Under the pieces are notes generated by a model, which saw only the letters and a list, made by a program, of their open reading frames with translations, was not told the origin of the DNA and did no database searches. The translations under genes and the position numbers were made by a program. A stretch of DNA of 63,646 bases, counting the filler. It is 12 parts of 12 records of this genome, joined end to end, with 100 filler letters (N's around TTAATTAATTAA, not from the genome) between each part and the next. Parts side by side here need not be neighbours in the genome. Positions count along the whole stretch, not along the records: positions 45,106 to 52,890 come from SRR15195285_7813; positions 52,991 to 59,151 come from SRR15195285_7816; 10 more parts are not named here. One strand, given 5' to 3'. This document shows positions 45,006 to 58,900 of this stretch, piece after piece (the first letter of the stretch is position 1; each line of letters opens with the position of its first letter).

Positions 45006-45738
45006 NNNNNNNNNNNNNNNNNNNNNNNNNNNNNNNNNNNNNNNNNNNNTTAATTAATTAANNNNNNNNNNNNNNNNNNNNNNNNNNNNNNNNNNNNNNN
45101 NNNNNGTCTCGAGATCGGTGCGATTCTGAATTACTACTCGAGATCGGTCACGATCACAATGCGACGACAGTAATAAATCAGCTCGAGTCGAGATGCAAGC
45201 ATTCTCCGCCATTTCGCACTTGGTTGTGATTGCCAAATCAGAAAATGACTATTTCTGAATCTCAGCCGCCGCAAATCCGGGAATCTTTGAATGCTGGCCT
45301 GCTTGCGCGTGACTCGACTCTCTACTGGTTCCCATACTCCATACTGGGAACGCGGGAGAGGTGATGTACATGATCATGGATGGAACACTTGGTGCGCGAG
45401 TCACGCCGGAGCTTCTTGATTGAAGTACAGCAATAACGAATTCGGTTGAGTTGGAATCAATGCCGTCTCATTCATTCAGGATTCAGTTGTCGGCTTGTCG
45501 CATTCTTGGGTGGAAACAATCGTGAGTTCGTCGCCATTCGGTACCTCTGTACAAGCGCAACATCGGCCATGAACATCGTCACGTGTGCAGCCGCCGCGCG
45601 GAGCCGCCGGGCCCGGAGCCACGCATCCGCGCTGAAGCCATTCGCACGTTCTGCTCGGAGCACAGCCTGAGGGTGTCCAGCAACGTATTCCAGCTGTTCG
45701 CGCCGCAGACGCAAACGTGACACACTGGCAAGACGGTC

Positions 45739-47489
45739 ATGACCAGCACGAACGTGCCGAATCTCCCGTCGCTCACGGACCTCGAAGCGCAGTCGGTCGA
45801 AGATGACGCCAAGAACCCTCGGGCGTCGACATTCAATCAGTCTGGCAAGAGCAATGGTAACAAGGCGCCGGCCATGTCGGATCCCGAGCGCGCTGCCAGA
45901 TTACAGGAGATGTCGAGTCCTACGCTCCTGCCTCTGTCGACCCCGCGCCGCATCGAAGTGAAAGTTCTGGAGATGCAGGCATCGATGAATCAGCTCCAGC
46001 TCCAGCTGCTGGCCTTGGGCGGCGACGCAAACACCGTGAGCAAGCCAAGCGGTATGGAGAAGTACCGATATGACCAGGACGCAAGCGTGGGATCGGACAG
46101 CGATTGTCCTCAGGCGCCCGGAGCTGTGCGTCCAGAGTCCATTGATCCCTTGTTTCGGGTTGCGGTCAGTCAGAGCAGCACTGAAGATTGATTGCGCTGA
46201 TGGTGCAGTCGTTCGGCGCGCTAGTCATCGTGTTACAGAGCGTTCTGGCGCTATTGTACTTGTTCACCGTGGAGTCTGAATGGGCGCCAGTTTGCGGCGA
46301 GGGGCGGAACGCATCCATTGTCGGTGATATCTGCGCCGACGGAGGCGTAATGGCCGAAGAGCGGTACTACAAGTTCTATCTCGATGTTGCTCTCATGATG
46401 TTTGTTGGCTTCGGCTACTTGATGACTTTCCTGCAGTATTATGGCCTCGGAGCTGTGGGCTTCACGATGCTGATCACTGCACTCACTGTCCAGTGGGCAA
46501 TCTTGGTAGAGCATCTCTTTGCCGCGATCGTGGCTGGCGATGGCCTTCACAAGCTCTCCATCAGCTTCATCGAATTAATAGATGGCAATTTCGCCGCAGC
46601 ATGTCTACTGATCTCCTTCGGTGCCCTGATCGGCAAAGTTGGGCCGGTGCAGATTGTTGTGATGGTTCTGCTTGAGGTCGTGGTGTTTGCCTTCAACAAA
46701 AGAGTAATCTTGATGGACGGCATAGGCATCGCAGATCTAGGAGGGTCGGTCGTTGTACATTGCTTTGGCGCCTACTTCGGGCTTGCAGTCGCGTTCGTTC
46801 TAGGCGTTCCAGCCACACGCTGCAACGACCTTGCTGAGGCGAGCACCATTTCGGATGTCTTCTCTCTTATCGGCACGGTCTTTTTGTGGCTGTACTGGCC
46901 TTCATTTGTAACTGCCATGCCTGAGGACAGCGCACAAGAAAGGACCGCGCTGCTCAACACAGTATTCGCACTGCTTGGATCGACAGTGGTCACTTTTGGT
47001 CTCTCAAGTTGGCTCGAGAAACGCATCCGCCCTGTGGACATCCAGAATGCCACACTTGCTGGAGGCGTCACCATTGGCTCCTCCGCCAACTTCTCGCTCA
47101 CACCTGCCGGGGCCTTGGCGACGGGAATGATTGCTGGTCTGGTCTCTACCGTCGGCTTCTGCAAGCTTCAGCCAGTGCTTGAAAGCAAAGGCCTACACGA
47201 TTCGTGTGGCGTCCACAATCTTCATGGAATGCCGAGTATCCTAGGCGCGCTCGTGTCAGCGTTTTTCCTAGCTGTGTCTGACCCTCCATCCGAGGGCGCA
47301 GCTCCAATGGGCGACAAGCAAGTCAGCGCGCAGTTGACTGGAGTCTGCATCACTGTCATCATTGCCGTACTGTCAGGTTTGGTCACTGGTGCGATTTTGA
47401 AGCGTCTCCCAGGTGCTCCGCGATCGAAATTTGTCGACCGTACAGCATGGGAGGTTGCCCCAGACTTCATGAAAGACCATCACGCGTAA
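45739..47489 (+). CDS. Rhesus (Rh)-type ammonium/CO2 channel (intron 46165-46208)
   Basis: YKFYLDVALMMFVGFGYLMTFL, LISFGALIGK, DLGGSVVVHCFGAYFG, GTVFLWLYWPSF, DIQNATLAGGV, HDSCGVHNLHGMP; both pore His residues are present. Confidence 0.95.
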
Positions 47490-47913
47490 GCTAGAAAGCA
47501 AACGCTCGAAAACTCACTGGCGTTTTGCTGCGGCAAATTTCGTGGTTTCCTCCCCAACACAGTGCCGCACAATGAATTTCGGTGTTTAAAGTACCGCTAG
47601 TCGAGCCAGGTATGGTCGGTCTAGGGTGGGAAAGGTGAGCCGGGTGATTTTTGCATTGGCACCCGCTGTCGTGCTGTGTCCTATCCTTTCAACCTCTCGC
47701 GTCTCGCCGCCGTTGATCAGCACAGAAGCCTCGCCATAGCGCTTCATTGTCATTGTGCGCATCATCGTTGTTGAGGACTATAATATTGATTACTATGCAA
47801 CGATCTATGTGCCCCAGTTTCCGGAGCAATAAAGGGCGTTGTGCTAGCTGTCACTCACGCTAGCAGTGGCTGAGCAATTTTGCCGTTGTACGCTTGGCTT
47901 ACGTTCCATTCAT

Positions 47914-49894
47914 TCACACGTTTGGACGCCATGGGCCCCATGATCCCCACTCCCGAGGGTCTGATGACCTGTTGGCTCCAACTGGGTTGCTTGCAGGATC
48001 ATCTGGCGGGCACAGGGCGGGCACGGCCGTGTCATTGTAGTACTTTAGTCGCGTGATCATTGCTGCAACTGCGTCCGGCTGTGACGCTGCGAGGTTGCAC
48101 AGTTCAAGGGGATCGCTTGAGATGTTGAACAGCCACGTATGCGTTCCGTTTGTATCGGCGATGCACTCTGGTCGGGTCGGCATCACTGGGGGTACACAAA
48201 CCGAAGGAGAGCAGCCGGGAGGTACGAAGTGCTGATCCGCGCCTGGTCGGCCTAAGATCAGTTTCATGTCTCCGACGCGCAAAGATGCCGACCCGAACGG
48301 CAGTCCAGCATCTCCACCCTTCAGCATGTCGATGTTGTGAAGCAGCTCTTTTCGCGGGGAGGTGCCGTTGGTAACGACAGCCTCCCAAACGTCGATGCCG
48401 TCTATGCCATCCAAACCGTCGCCACCAGCCAAGTGGTACAGCGACGGAAGCCAATCACTCACGTGAACCAGTCCGTGGTACTCGAAACCAACCATCTTCA
48501 GCAATGCCGAGTGGATGAAACCCGTCGCACGCGCACCTCCCTCCCATAGAGTTGCCTTCTCGCCACGCATGGGCCAATTGTAACCTGGATACAACAACGC
48601 AACACCTGCACTGAGAACCATTGATGAGAGTGACAGTATGCTCGTGGCAACAAATAGCTGACTCACCACCCCCTTTGTGAATGCCCCCGTTGTCGGCGCT
48701 AAGAATGAATATCGTGTTTCTGTTGTTTTGGCATCCCACAGCGCTTTATCATACGTGTGTACACGGCCGCGAAACAACGGTGCACGTAGAGAGGCGTCGG
48801 TGGGGGTAGTGTTACTCACGAGTACAACCCAAAATCTCGGGTTGCGTTGACAACACAACCAACGGCATGATCCATCTCCAGTACCATGGCCGCGTAGATC
48901 CACCGGTTCGTGTCTCCGTCAAAATCATCGAGCTTGAACTGCTGCTGCCAGTACGGAGCGGATTGCAAAGGGGAGTGGACGGCTTGAAACTACCAGCAGT
49001 TCACTTGTTAGTGTGACACTCTGTAGAATGTAGAGATCGCAGCAATTGAAGTGGTTTGAAACCTACCGGCAGGTATAAAAACAGTGGTACACTGCTCCAC
49101 TGCTGAGAGTGGTTGCCAATGATATCTACAGCCCTCTCTCGGAACAGCTTCGTAGAGTATTTGTCTGGTGACCCATGATCAGTGGTAGCACAGTCGTGAT
49201 TGGGAATGCCGTCCACTCGGAAATCGTACCCAGGCTCACGGACGTGGGTGTAGTAGTCTTCTTCGCCTCCAAGGTAGCCAAAGTCCGATCCACCGTCGCC
49301 GTGTGGGCCACCGCCAAACCCACGCTTCCACGGGCAGTGGTCTTCTGTGTAGAATCCTAGGTGCCACTGTAGATCCGGACCAGCAGACACGCGCCTCAGG
49401 TGTGGGTGATTGCTTCTAGGACGTCTAAACGCTGGGGCCAGCAAGGCAATGTTGCGGACCTTGCCAACTTTGTGGGCCACGTAGCCGCGCTCGATCAAAC
49501 GGTTGCTCATCAAAGAAATGTTTGTAGGCAAACCATACGGCTGCTGCGGATGGATCACGCCATGCTGCAGACCAGTGTGGATTTGGTACATCCCGGTCAG
49601 CAACTGTGAGCGCGTCGGGGTACAGACAGGTTGTACGTAATATCCCTCAAGCTTGATGCCAGTGGCAGCAAGTGTGTCCAGGTGTGGTGTCCGCAGAAGG
49701 TTGTCGTACTTTCGGTTGTGGTACCCGACGTCGGTGTGACCATAGTCATCGATCAACATGAAGACGATACTGGGTGGCTGAGTAGCTCCCGATTCGAAGC
49801 GGGCGGAGCTGCCAGCGACGACTTGCCACAACAATACGTGCAGCCACAACGAACTGAAGAATATGCGCGGCTGCTCGAGGCGTCCGGCTACCAT
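47914..49894 (-). CDS. Arylsulfatase B-like S1 sulfatase, secreted or lysosomal, 5 exons
   Basis: PSIVFMLIDDYG, formylglycine motif CTPTR..LLTG, GK|WHLG, LYLP|FQAVHSPLQ, SADNGG, NWPMRGEKATLWEGG, HVSDWLP, LFNISSDPLE; GT-AG introns give a complete frame. Confidence 0.95.
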
Positions 49895-50175
49895 CGCCAG
49901 AACGCTAGCGAGCGCTCGCTGCCGCCGGCCGGCGGCGCGCCGCGCCGCCAGCAGACCGACGCGAGCGCGCGCCGCCGGAAGCACTGTCACGTAGTATTTA
50001 CTCATTTACTGTACGGCGCCGGCGCACTCGTCCCGCGCGATACGATACCGGATACCCCGCCGGCGCGCGGCCGGGGGCGGGGTCCGTCCTGCGACCAAGT
50101 TCGCTGTGACGTCGTTTTGTGAATGAATGCACGACGGCGTGGACACGCCGACGGTTGCTGATGCGCAGCGCCTGA

Positions 50176-51158
50176 ATGGACGGTGGTGACGATGGTGGCA
50201 GCAGCAGTGGCTCGGAGAGCGCCGGCTACGATTGCGACGAAGGTTTGGCTGCAGCGACGCACGATCGAGGCTATGAGAGCGCCAGCAGCAGTGGCAGCGA
50301 CGGGGAGTCGCCGGATCTCATGCAGCTGAGCCCCGACGAATACATAGGCGCTGTCGGTGCCGTTGCCATGATTGACAGCGCATATGGCATCGTGCAAGAC
50401 GCACAGCCATATGCATCCGAGCTCGTGGTAGTCCTGGCTCGCGCTCTGGAGGACTGGAGGGTGCCAGACGGTGGCTTTCAGGCAGACCAGCAAAGTGCCA
50501 GTTCGGACATCACCACGCTGCTAGAGTCACCAACGACGCCGAGCGACATTATGGCTGGGCTCGACCCGGAGGCTCTGTTCGTGCTTGGTGTAGAACGAGC
50601 TCTTGTGGAAGGTGTGCAAGAGCTAGTGACAGAACGCCCCTTCTACGACGAGGCTCCGCACTTCCTAGCGAACCAGCTCAGGATACGCACCGCTCATTTA
50701 GAGGTGCCGCTCGAGGCTCACGATGAAGAAGCAATAGAATCGCACCTCATCTCCTTAGAACAAGCACCAGAACCGGAGCCAATGCAGGCGGGCGGTGATC
50801 CACTCGCGGCGTTGCGGTGCGAGCGCCTCGATCCTACGCACCACGACTGCGTGATACGATTCACAAGGATAGCTGTCCGTGCGCGTGGTATACTGTGTGC
50901 CACAGAGACCGTCGGCCGGAGGTCAAGCTTGAAAATGGCCTGGTAAGGGTTGCTGTGAGGGACTGTCGTGACGCGCCAGTGAGTGTGGTAGCGGTGGCTG
51001 ATGGCGATTGTACGGTGCGAGATCTCACCGGGCGTGCTCTTAACACCAGCGAAAGTTACAGCGGCGTTGAGAAGGAAAGGTCTGCTGCTAGCAGCACTCT
51101 CGGGCTGCGGCTGCTTGGCGGCGGACTGGTACTCGGAGGCAAGGGTGAGCATAACTAG
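50176..51158 (+). CDS. Hypothetical acidic protein with a Dpy-30/RIIa-like dimerization motif
   Basis: VERALVEGVQELVTERPFYDEAPHFLANQL resembles the Dpy-30 motif; a probable intron from GTAAGG at 50943 to TACAG near 51061 extends the ORF. Confidence 0.5.
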
Positions 51159-51504
51159 CATTACTTGTTTGCGTTACTAGTCCGACGGAGCTTGTTTGCT
51201 CACTTCGGTCTAGAACCTAATCTCTTTCCCGACATGCCAAGGGAGTCTGAACACCGGTCATGACAATGTGGGCAGGGCAAGGTAACAGGGCACTACGCCA
51301 AGGAGCCGTGGGTGGCAAGCTGCTGCCTTTGTCGCCGTCACGCAAATGAGCCGGCTGTGACGTGTGACACAGCCTTAGAACGCGTCCAACAACTCAGTGT
51401 GGAAGTATAAAATATCTGTGGACCAGGACGGTACTTGGAATAGACTGTCCCTCATTATTTCAATGGATAGGAGCATCAGGCGTCGTCGTACAAATGGTGG
51501 TGCT

Positions 51505-52890
51505 TCACTTCGTCGGTCTTTCCCAAGTCGTCTGCTGCGTCGCTGCGTGGTAGTAATACTCCCGCCCTGACGCTGGATCCTTTGCCGCCTTCCAGCCATC
51601 CGGCAACTCTGCCACTGTGGGTGTGGCAAGCGGAGAGGCACCGTCCGTAGTCGCCTGTGTTGCCTGTCCCAAAGTCGTCGCCGCTGCATTGGAAGCGGTT
51701 GCTGCCTGCATGTCGACTCCATTCATTTGCTGCAGTCGTTGCTGCTGTGCAGCTGAAGCTTCATATTGCGCGGCAGTGGCCTGGTTGCTGCCGGGCGCCG
51801 CCGCTGCTGCTTGAGAAGCACTTCCAGATGCCGCTGCTGGGGCCGTAGCAGCCACAGCCGCCACTGTGCTCGCCGCATCAGCGCCATAAAACGCACTGTA
51901 GTCGGTGGCAGGTGTTTGAGCAGGAGCTGGGGCCGGAGTAGAAGCTGAAGATGCCGAGGCAGGGTCAGCAGCAGGTGCAGCTGCGGGCGCTGCCACCACG
52001 GGCGTCGTTGTCCCTGCCGATGCCGCTGATGCTGGTGCAGTCACGGCCGCCACAGTGCTCGCCGCATCGGCCGAGTAGTACGCAGAATAGTCCGTTGTGG
52101 GCGCCGGTGCTGGGGCTGCTGACGCTGACTGCGCACCTGGAGGCCCTGCCGCCGCTGGTGCACCCGCTGGTGCCGCCGCTGGCGCCGCTGCTGGTGCCGT
52201 AGCAGTCACAGCGGCCACTGTGCTCGCCGCATCAGAGCTGTAATACGCACCGTAGTCGGTGGTGGACGGTGCGGGAGCCGGAGCAGACGCAGTCACCGTA
52301 GTTACCGTGCTTGTCGCATGTGTCGCCTGTGCTGTTGCAGCCATTGTACTCGCTGCATCAGCGGAATAGTAGGCAGAATAGTCTGTCGTGGGTGCCGGTG
52401 CTGGGACGCCCGCCGGGGGAGCACTACTCGCGACACCAGTGGGCGGCGGCCCGGTCACCGCTGCCTGCTGGACCATCCCAGCTGATTGCTGATTGTAGTA
52501 CTGGCTGTAGTCTGTCGGTGCGGATGCGGGTGTGGGTGCGGGACTCATTTGATACCCGCTCTGTTGTGGGTACTGGGGCTGCGGGCTTTCACTGCCGAGC
52601 GCAGAGGCGTAGGCGTAGCTGTTTGGGTCCTGCTGTTGCTGCTGCTGTGCCGCACCGTCCTCTCCCATCAGCCATGACGGCACCTTTATGCCAAACAGGT
52701 TCGGTTGCTCGCCCTTCGGCTGCCCACTCCCTGCTCCGTCCCCAGCACCTCCTGCTCCGAATGCCCACTCGGGAAGCTTGACGCCGAACAGATTCGGTGT
52801 GGTGCCTTTGTCGTCACTTTGGGAGGCGGAAAATCCGAAATCATCGGGTGATGCATCCCAAGGCTTAGCGCGCGCCCCTCCTCCTCCTCC
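51505..52890 (-). CDS. Ala/Pro/Thr-rich repeat protein with a C-terminal WW domain; 5'-truncated
   Basis: LPDGWKAAKDPASGREYYYHAATQQTTWERP is a canonical WW domain; TDYSAYYSADAASTVAAV repeats; frame open to the contig end. Confidence 0.88.
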   Translation of the reverse strand, partial: GGGGGARAKPWDASPDDFGFSASQSDDKGTTPNLFGVKLPEWAFGAGGAGDGAGSGQPKGEQPNLFGIKVPSWLMGEDGAAQQQQQQDPNSYAYASALGSESPQPQYPQQSGYQMSPAPTPASAPTDYSQYYNQQSAGMVQQAAVTGPPPTGVASSAPPAGVPAPAPTTDYSAYYSADAASTMAATAQATHATSTVTTVTASAPAPAPSTTDYGAYYSSDAASTVAAVTATAPAAAPAAAPAGAPAAAGPPGAQSASAAPAPAPTTDYSAYYSADAASTVAAVTAPASAASAGTTTPVVAAPAAAPAADPASASSASTPAPAPAQTPATDYSAFYGADAASTVAAVAATAPAAASGSASQAAAAAPGSNQATAAQYEASAAQQQRLQQMNGVDMQAATASNAAATTLGQATQATTDGASPLATPTVAELPDGWKAAKDPASGREYYYHAATQQTTWERPTK

Positions 52891-52990
52891 NNNNNNNNNN
52901 NNNNNNNNNNNNNNNNNNNNNNNNNNNNNNNNNNTTAATTAATTAANNNNNNNNNNNNNNNNNNNNNNNNNNNNNNNNNNNNNNNNNNNN

Positions 52991-55900
52991 AACGTTTCGC
53001 TTGGATTGTGAGCGGTTTTGCCAGCGGCACCAGAACTCATGTTGAATGAAGTGCAAGCCTTCTCAGCAATCTGGGCGTCAATATCAGTGGGAATGTGTGC
53101 GACTGCGCTAAGCGCATTATTTGAAAGGCCTTGTTGCACTAAATCAATGTTGACACTTGCGTGATTGAGAACCCAGTGCGTAGTGAACAGCGCGACGAAC
53201 AGGGCACCTGATTTTACTCCGGTCATTTTGGTATCGCCACGACCGTCTGTAACTTCAGCAGCTAGGACCAGGCTCTGCCCTTCACGATTGCGCAATCTGA
53301 TAGTGTCCGGCCAAGAATTTCCCTGCTGCCGCAATTCGCCAGTGAAACCAGCCGTTGCAATTACCATGGTATTTTGCCCAGATGGAAGATCAATTTCGTG
53401 GACTTTGGTTTTCCCACCACTCACAACGTCCGTTGCAAATACGTTCCCTCCAGTCTGATCTCTCATGTATACCTGGCAGTCACATGCCAACGCATTCTCG
53501 ATGACAAGTGGTGGCAGGAACTCGATGTAGGTCTGTCCATCAGTATTGACGACGTAGACCGATATCACGAAGTCCGGTGACGATCCATCGATGGCCACAC
53601 ACGATAGTTGGAAACTTTGTCCTAGCCCCTGCCGCATGTGAGATAGCGTTTTCCCACCAAGTTTACGGCTCCAAGTATACAGGTTTCCCACACGCCCAGC
53701 ACGCCCAGGTCGCAGCATCAGTTGGCCGTCGCCAAAATGACCTGCCGTGTGCAAAACCTCGAGTGGCAATTCTTGACCAGACGGTTCGAAGTTGCCAGGT
53801 ACTTTATGGTCACCAAATTTGATGTCTAGCGCGCGAGCAGAAGAATTGCGGATAACCACTGGTGAGCGGATGACCACGCGTTTTCCACCTTTGCCATCTC
53901 CGTTCGTGATGACAGATACCTTGCAGATGAGTGATACCGATCCCTTCAAATCATCTCCGTCATCTCGAGTGTTGTTCATAGATGTTGCAGACTTTGGGTA
54001 AAGGGTGACTGGGAACACACCACTCTTTTCAATGTCAACAACTGTAGGCATGAATCCATCCATACGAAATTGGATCCGGTGAGGCCGATGCCTACTGCTA
54101 TCTGAGGTGACTATGCCTGACCGCAGCTCTCGTTCTAGATAGCCTGTAGTCCCTTCGATATGCTCTTCTCCCTCATCATCATCGTCATCGTCGTCATCTT
54201 CCAAATCGAGCTGATATGATTCATCAACTCTCCCAACCAAGCCCCCTGGGTTGACTGATGGCTCGCCGTGTATCTTCGTACAAGCCCCCCTCCTCGGTGT
54301 AGCAACACGATCATTGGATCGCCGGAAGGTATGCCGCGGGAAGTAGAGATCTGTGTGAGTTTCATTCCGCACTATGCACGGCAAACTGGGTTCCAAGGAA
54401 AACTCGTCAGCGTAGCTTGTTGTAGATGAAGGCTGCACACCACCAGAAACATCTTCATCACAATTGCGCCATCCCTGCAACATCTCCATTTGCTGCTGCA
54501 GTCCATGTGCCATATCTACAAACATGCGCGTGATGTTGACATTCACCATGCCTGCACATATGTGTAACTTGGAATGCCCGACCCTGACATGCCTGTGTTC
54601 AAACTGGACAGTGACTGGTTCTAGAAATGGTTCCCAGCATGAGATGTTTGCGTTTAACACATCCACGCAAAACTCCACACCTGCTTCAAGTCGTGGCTCT
54701 TCTGACTTCGCACCGGATCGATATACGAAAGGTCTGTTATTCATCGACTTCAGCAGCATTCGTATTAAAGGGGTCTCTGTCGAACCCGAAACGTAATACA
54801 CTCGCAAATCTTCAAAAAGTAGGTCCATTCCGAGTTCGATTTTCCGTTGGATAGACCTTGGGGGTGCTGGTACGCGGAATCCGTCATCATGTGAGGACGA
54901 GGATACAACACTATACAGACTCTTGCACAATGCTGCTAGTTCGGCAACGTCGGCGGTGCAAAACTGACAGACAACCGCGGGTGATCTCTGCTCTCTGTCC
55001 AAGACAATGTCAAGTCGACTGTTTTCGTGCTGCCTGATTGTGTATTCCGGTCTGATCAGGGAGCATTGCAGAAAGCAGAGCTGCTGTCGAAAACGGGCCT
55101 CTCCTGAGGACGAAGTGGGTGCAAAGTACACTCGCAGTCCTTTTAGTGTGACTTTGCCTTTGATCTCTTCATTTCGATGGAGCTCGCCTCCGAATTCATC
55201 GTGTTTGCACGACGCGCTAAACTGCACCACAAGAGATCGGCTGTTGCTATCATCGTCGTACAATTCGAGCTGGAGGCCGTTAACCTTGACTTGGCAGTGA
55301 GTCTTGTGAGAAAGACGCGGGGTGTCTTGGTGCTTCGGCAACGGCGACGCTAACAGGCTTGGCGATGCCACCCCAAGCAACGGTCCACGCTGCAGCAATT
55401 CTGACTCGGTGCCACGTGCTGCCAGTCGAGCGACTGTCCCACGCAGAGCGGCACCAGCCCGGTGGATGGCGCGGAGTTCTGTGCACCCAATGCGACACCA
55501 AGGTTGTTGTACGCTCAGTTCGATAACCCGCGTACCATCACGAGTGCCCAGACTCAGCTCGACTGCATTGCCTGCGTGACATTCTACTCGGAAAAACTCA
55601 GAACCCGGTCCGGTACACATAACAAGGCTGTCAATAAGTATTGATGCATGCCCCTCATCGACATTTGCGACTGTCTTCTTCACGTGAAGGCTGACAGTCG
55701 ACGACGGGCGGGCGAGTACGACCTTAGCACAGACACCGTGCAGCACCAATCTGCTTTTCACCTGCTGATCTTGATCGAGAGAGATGTGCGTAGGGTCAGA
55801 TGGTGATGTATTCGCAAGTGCGACTTCATGCGCACTTTGTGGTCCAGATTTGAGAAATTCTGGGATTCCGACAGAGCTTGAGACAAAGTCCACCAAAAGA

Positions 55901-58900
55901 GCAAAAACGTCAGCATGATATGCAACTTCCACAGGTGCCACTGTCAGAGCCCTCACCAACTCGCCGCCTTCGTAGCCCTGCTGATAAAGAATCACAGGAT
56001 TTTGTGATTCGGAATCGCAGGCAGCTTCTGCAAAAGACAAAATCGATATGCTTCGGGGGCGACATCCTGACAAAGTAAGAGAGTCTACCACCAGCTTGCG
56101 CTCAAGGGAAACGCCCATTCGATACACCAAGCCACCGAGTTCAGCCACAGCGATTGGCGATCCATCCTGTATACCAGTTGGATCTCCGATCATGACGATT
56201 AGCTTTCGTATCTTCAGGTCTGTAGACTTCGCCGCTGTTGCAGGCTCTATATTCACCCACCGGGGTTGTGTCATGCACACTGAACACATCTCAGCCTCCA
56301 TTCGTAAGCTTACCTCTTTGCTTTGCGCAAATACCACGCTCACGAATCGGCACTCGTACTCGTAGATGATTGCGCCGGGCAGATCGTTCGGATGACGAGG
56401 CCTTGGGCGTAGCATTTCCGAATCAGTCATGAATGTGCGTACAATTGATGCAAATTTGACCAGCCGGTCGTATGAAAACACGAAAGCTAGCGCTGAGAAG
56501 CGTAATGAATATTTTTCTCGTGGTAAACCAACAAATATGGGTTTCGGCACGGCAAGGGTGCGCAATGTTACATCCACATCGGCAGAGTCGCTCAGAATGC
56601 TCAGTTCGTTCAGTTTGCGATTACGCATGCAGTGGTACAGGTAATCTCGAGGAGCCACAAATGCACGCATCCGGGAAAATTTAACATGCATCGTTTCGTA
56701 GTAGCTGGCCTCAGCTCCCTTGTCAATGAAGCCTGGGCTGAAAAAATCGGCCGGGGATCGTCCACATTCCAATTTTTCCGCGACAATCAGTAATGTAGGT
56801 GACTGCGGATCGTTGATGTGAGCTGATATGCAGATTTTTGGGAAGTTGAAATGGCATCGTAGTACTTTCCGGCCCTGCCGCTTGACGGTATCGTGTTGTG
56901 TAGTCAGTGGGATGGATGTTGTTGTGCTGGTTTGTGGACGATCGGCCTGCTCCTCATTGCCTTTAATGAGCTCTGGGGAGCATAGTGAGTGCAACTCCTC
57001 AAGCAGCTGGGTATCGAACTGAGGCAGTTCACGAATCCACCGACTTAGTTGAGCACGTGTGGCACGCAGTCGTTGCAGCCACATGTAGAGATAATACTGT
57101 GCCGTGCACTCCTCACTGTGCAGATGGTCCAGCATTATTCGGACAGCATCACGGTCTGTTAGGCCACGTGCCACTGCGCACTTCCAAACCTCATGCAGTA
57201 ACCGCGCGCTCGGCGACTGTAGGTCATTAGCACGGAATTCGGGCTCGTCGAGAGAATCGATTTGCCGGTCTACGCTGCGCACATGTCGCAGACTAGAGCT
57301 TCGAGTAAGGCCAGCATCAGCTTGCCGCTCTACGTTGCGTGCATGTCGAAGACTACTGCTTCGACCACCAACGCCAGCAGCATCTGAGGAAGTTGAGTCA
57401 CTTGACTCATCATACGCCGCAATATTTGTTGCCGATCGCGCAGCAGAACCATGCCGAAAACGTGCGAATCTCTGACCGAAGGAACTTGAATCCCGCCCAC
57501 GGCTCAGACGTCCTACTCGGCCTCTCCAGCGCTCGGGCTGGTCATCCCATTCAACCCATTGACCGCACGAAATGCTGTTCAAATCGTTGAAAAGTTGGTG
57601 TAGACTATCATACGCCTTGCAGTCAAATGAAACGTCCACAGAGTTCAAAATCAAATGAAAATCTCGTTGAAAAATCCCCCTGTCCCACGTATTCAGGCCC
57701 TGACACACTCCCACTGAATCCGAGGCGGTGGTGAAGAGCAGCCGATGATGCCCTTTCTGTAACTTGTCGATGGACCGCAATATTGGGATGCACGCCTCTA
57801 CTGGCTGCGTAAACGTCCCGTCTTGACTTTGAGATCGTGTATAAACGTCTTCTCGCAGTAGGCTCATGGTGAGCTCAGTGGCTGATATCCGTGAACAGTC
57901 GACCAAACTGCCAAAAAATTTCACTTCAGTGTCAACACTTCCGAAATCAATTGACAACTGCTCTCCAGCTACGTTGAAACCGGTAAGCGTGACCCCACAT
58001 GAAAACTTGCCCGCTATATGAGTACGGACATGCCGCTGCAGAAACAGATCTGGCTCATATTCATGAACCGTGTTCAGAATGTCTCGGTGTAGGTGGGATA
58101 GGTCCTCATGTAGATGTTCAACGGGGTTGCGCTGCATCCACCAAGATAAAGGAAACTGGTGCTGCACAACGTCTGGATCATCGCTTTTTTGACTGTCAGA
58201 TGCGGTTATGCTGTCTTCGAAAATCCCCATCACCGCAATCTTCCTGTACAGCTGCACATCGGCGACAGTCATCTCGGCTTCCATCTCACGGATCGCACGG
58301 CTACGCTTGGTGTCGGTGTCCTCACGCCAAAAGTACTTGCCGAATCCAAACTTGGATGTTTCTGTTTGTGCGTGCTGAGCTTCTCGTACATGCCGAAACA
58401 ACGCAGGATGTAATCGACCGAGAAGTGCCTGTTCAACAATGGTGCTTGGGTCTGCAGTAGAAGCGCCAGATACGTGCTCCGGACTTGCTGCTGCTTTCGC
58501 ATACGCAGCCAGTTGTTCCTCACGGTAATGGCTTACATACTTGCGGCGCTGATCACGACGGGCTCTCAAACGCTCCCACGTCATTCGACGCGGACGATAG
58601 CGTCGACGCAGCGATGTCAAACACTGGCCAGCGAAGCACCACAATTGCTTCCACAGACGCGATCCACCTAGTGCCCGAAGGCTTTTGTTGCCAATATAAG
58701 TATACCGGCGGCGTATGCTTTCGATCAGACGACGTTCTGATGCTCCACTGATCCGCTCACGCAATGCGTTAATGTCTCGCAATTGCCGCATGTTGATTTC
58801 ACATGCGACGCGTGAAGATTGTATCAAGTGCACCCTCATATACTCTTCTGCAAACGTAACCCTGACAATTCCCGATACTGGTGCAACCAATGGATGCGGA

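Noticed and set aside
45472-45723. 83-aa minus-strand ORF upstream of the Rh gene
   Set aside because: Non-ATG start, no recognisable motif, lies in the probable Rh promoter/5' UTR
51830-52400. Spaced ~30-bp direct repeats resembling a CRISPR array
   Set aside because: They are in-frame coding repeats with synonymous variation and irregular spacing; no cas genes; eukaryotic context
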